From Microthyrium microscopicum (Eukaryota): a stretch of 64,000 nucleotides of DNA. The DNA lies in NCBI GenBank assembly GCA_010405405.1, contig MU004243.1:181340-245339 (forward strand). Reading direction: 5' to 3'. Position numbers and translations under genes: made by a program. The notes beneath the pieces were generated by a model that saw only the letters and a program-made list of their open reading frames with translations, had not been told where the DNA came from and did not search any database. Shown piece after piece: positions 62,664-64,000 of the stretch (the stretch's first letter is position 1; each line of letters opens with the position of its first letter).

Positions 62664-64000
62664 TCACTGTGGTAATATTCTCCCATTCTCCTTACTAACA
62701 TCAACCACGACTTTGCCCTCCACCCATCTTGCAAATCGTACACTCGGCGCATCCACAAACCGCCAAAACACATCCGCAGCCCATATTATCAGTGGTATGT
62801 TGATACACGCGGCAAGTACAAAGCCTGCTACGTATTGACTCTCTGTTTCAACACCGGTGATTGACCATGCCCAACCTTCGACGATGTAGCCGACGACGTG
62901 CATGACTGGTCCGTGGACGAGGTAGAGCGCGTAGCTGATTTTGCCGAGATATTGTATTATGGGGGTGTTGAATGGCGCTTGGAGCAGCGGGAGACGGGTG
63001 GTGGCGAGCATGAGACCGATGCTGCCGAGAGTTTGGTAGAAGCGGTATTTTTCGCTCCACCATTCGGGGATTAAGGTTGCTAGGTAGCGCCAGCCGGGGG
63101 CAAGTTCGAAGTGGTCGTCAGGCTGGGACATGAAGTAGAGGGAGAGGATTGCGAGGGAGAGGTAGAGGATTGTGCGTGTTGACTTGAGAGAATGCAGGGA
63201 GGAATGAAGCGGTGCGACGGTAGGTGGTGTGGTGATGGCGGATATGAGATCGAGTTCGGCGAGGAACATGCCGCTGAAGAATAGCATGAGTTCCCAGCGG
63301 TCATTGCGCATGACGAAGAGGAATAGGCCGGAAAGAAAGGTTAGGCGGAGACCTGGACGTAGACGTGCAAGGGCGACGAGAGCGAGGAAGAGCATGAGGG
63401 AGGCGCGGAATTCGACGGGGATGGTCCAGAGATGGAGATCGTAGTTTGTGGAGCCGGAGAAAGTGGCCCAGTTAAAGACGCAGATGAAGTTGAACATTTG
63501 CCATATCCAGTCGTAGAATTGGAGTTTGAGGGTTAGTTGGGGCTCTAGGTGGTATTCTTGGACATTGCGGTGGAATGTTTTATCAATGGCTAGTGGACGG
63601 GTGCGTTCGAACCAGCCTAGACGTAGCATGCACAGAACGAGGAATGTCGAGGTAATTGTTGGGACGAAAAGGCGGAGTGCTCGTCGAAAGACTGAAGAGG
63701 ACATGGTCGTTAGGAGAGAATCATATTGGTGGCTCCGCATTTGTTTGAGCGGTTTGAATGATAGTGAATAGCCTGATATGACAAAAAAGACGCAGACCAT
63801 GGGTGGTCCAGAGTAGAATAGTCGTATAAAAGGGAGTTGTAGGAAGTTGCGATTCTGATCTGGTGGTCCATATCCATATCCGATTGTAATCACGAAACAT
63901 GTGTAGGCCATATGACAGAGGCATACTGCAAATGCAGCCAAACCACGCATTCCATCGAGATATGCAGTTGGTCTTAACCTTTCAGGCTTATGGGAATCTT
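62664..64000 (-). CDS. Acyltransferase-3 family membrane O-acyltransferase; 5'-truncated by the window
   Basis: Frame is open to the window edge. Motifs TAYLDGMRGLAA, VFFVISGYSLS, RRALRLF, HLWTIPVEF and YLGKISYALYLVHGP. Confidence 0.9.
   Translation of the reverse strand, partial: DSHKPERLRPTAYLDGMRGLAAFAVCLCHMAYTCFVITIGYGYGPPDQNRNFLQLPFIRLFYSGPPMVCVFFVISGYSLSFKPLKQMRSHQYDSLLTTMSSSVFRRALRLFVPTITSTFLVLCMLRLGWFERTRPLAIDKTFHRNVQEYHLEPQLTLKLQFYDWIWQMFNFICVFNWATFSGSTNYDLHLWTIPVEFRASLMLFLALVALARLRPGLRLTFLSGLFLFVMRNDRWELMLFFSGMFLAELDLISAITTPPTVAPLHSSLHSLKSTRTILYLSLAILSLYFMSQPDDHFELAPGWRYLATLIPEWWSEKYRFYQTLGSIGLMLATTRLPLLQAPFNTPIIQYLGKISYALYLVHGPVMHVVGYIVEGWAWSITGVETESQYVAGFVLAACINIPLIIWAADVFWRFVDAPSVRFARWVEGKVVVDVSKENGRILPQ

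Overview
Eukaryotic DNA from a filamentous ascomycete, probably a Dothideomycete (inferred from short 44-60 nt GT-AG introns with CTRAC branch sites, RIP-type CpA>TpA decay of repeats, and gene content). About 20 protein-coding genes were found: a GID4/Vid24-family protein, STB3, TOP3, a DUF1295 protein, an ABCC/MRP transporter, a secreted His-motif protein, an orphan, a small secreted Gly-rich protein, METTL16, a membrane RING-H2 ligase, ADA3/NGG1, an MFS transporter, MDM12, two conserved hypotheticals, a CE15 glucuronoyl esterase, a type-B carboxylesterase, SDH8, MNN11 and an acyltransferase-3. A gene-poor stretch (38.8-49.4 kb) holds four non-autonomous DNA transposons (TA-, 9-bp- and 8-bp-TSD types, one with no clear TSD). 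The standout is a minus-strand tRNA-Arg(ACG) gene at 51116-51296. It forms a normal 72-nt cloverleaf only after removal of two mutually homologous inserts that look like spliceosomal introns (GTAA..branch site..), at non-canonical tRNA positions 3/4 and 32/33. All family calls are from motif recognition by eye; no searches were run.
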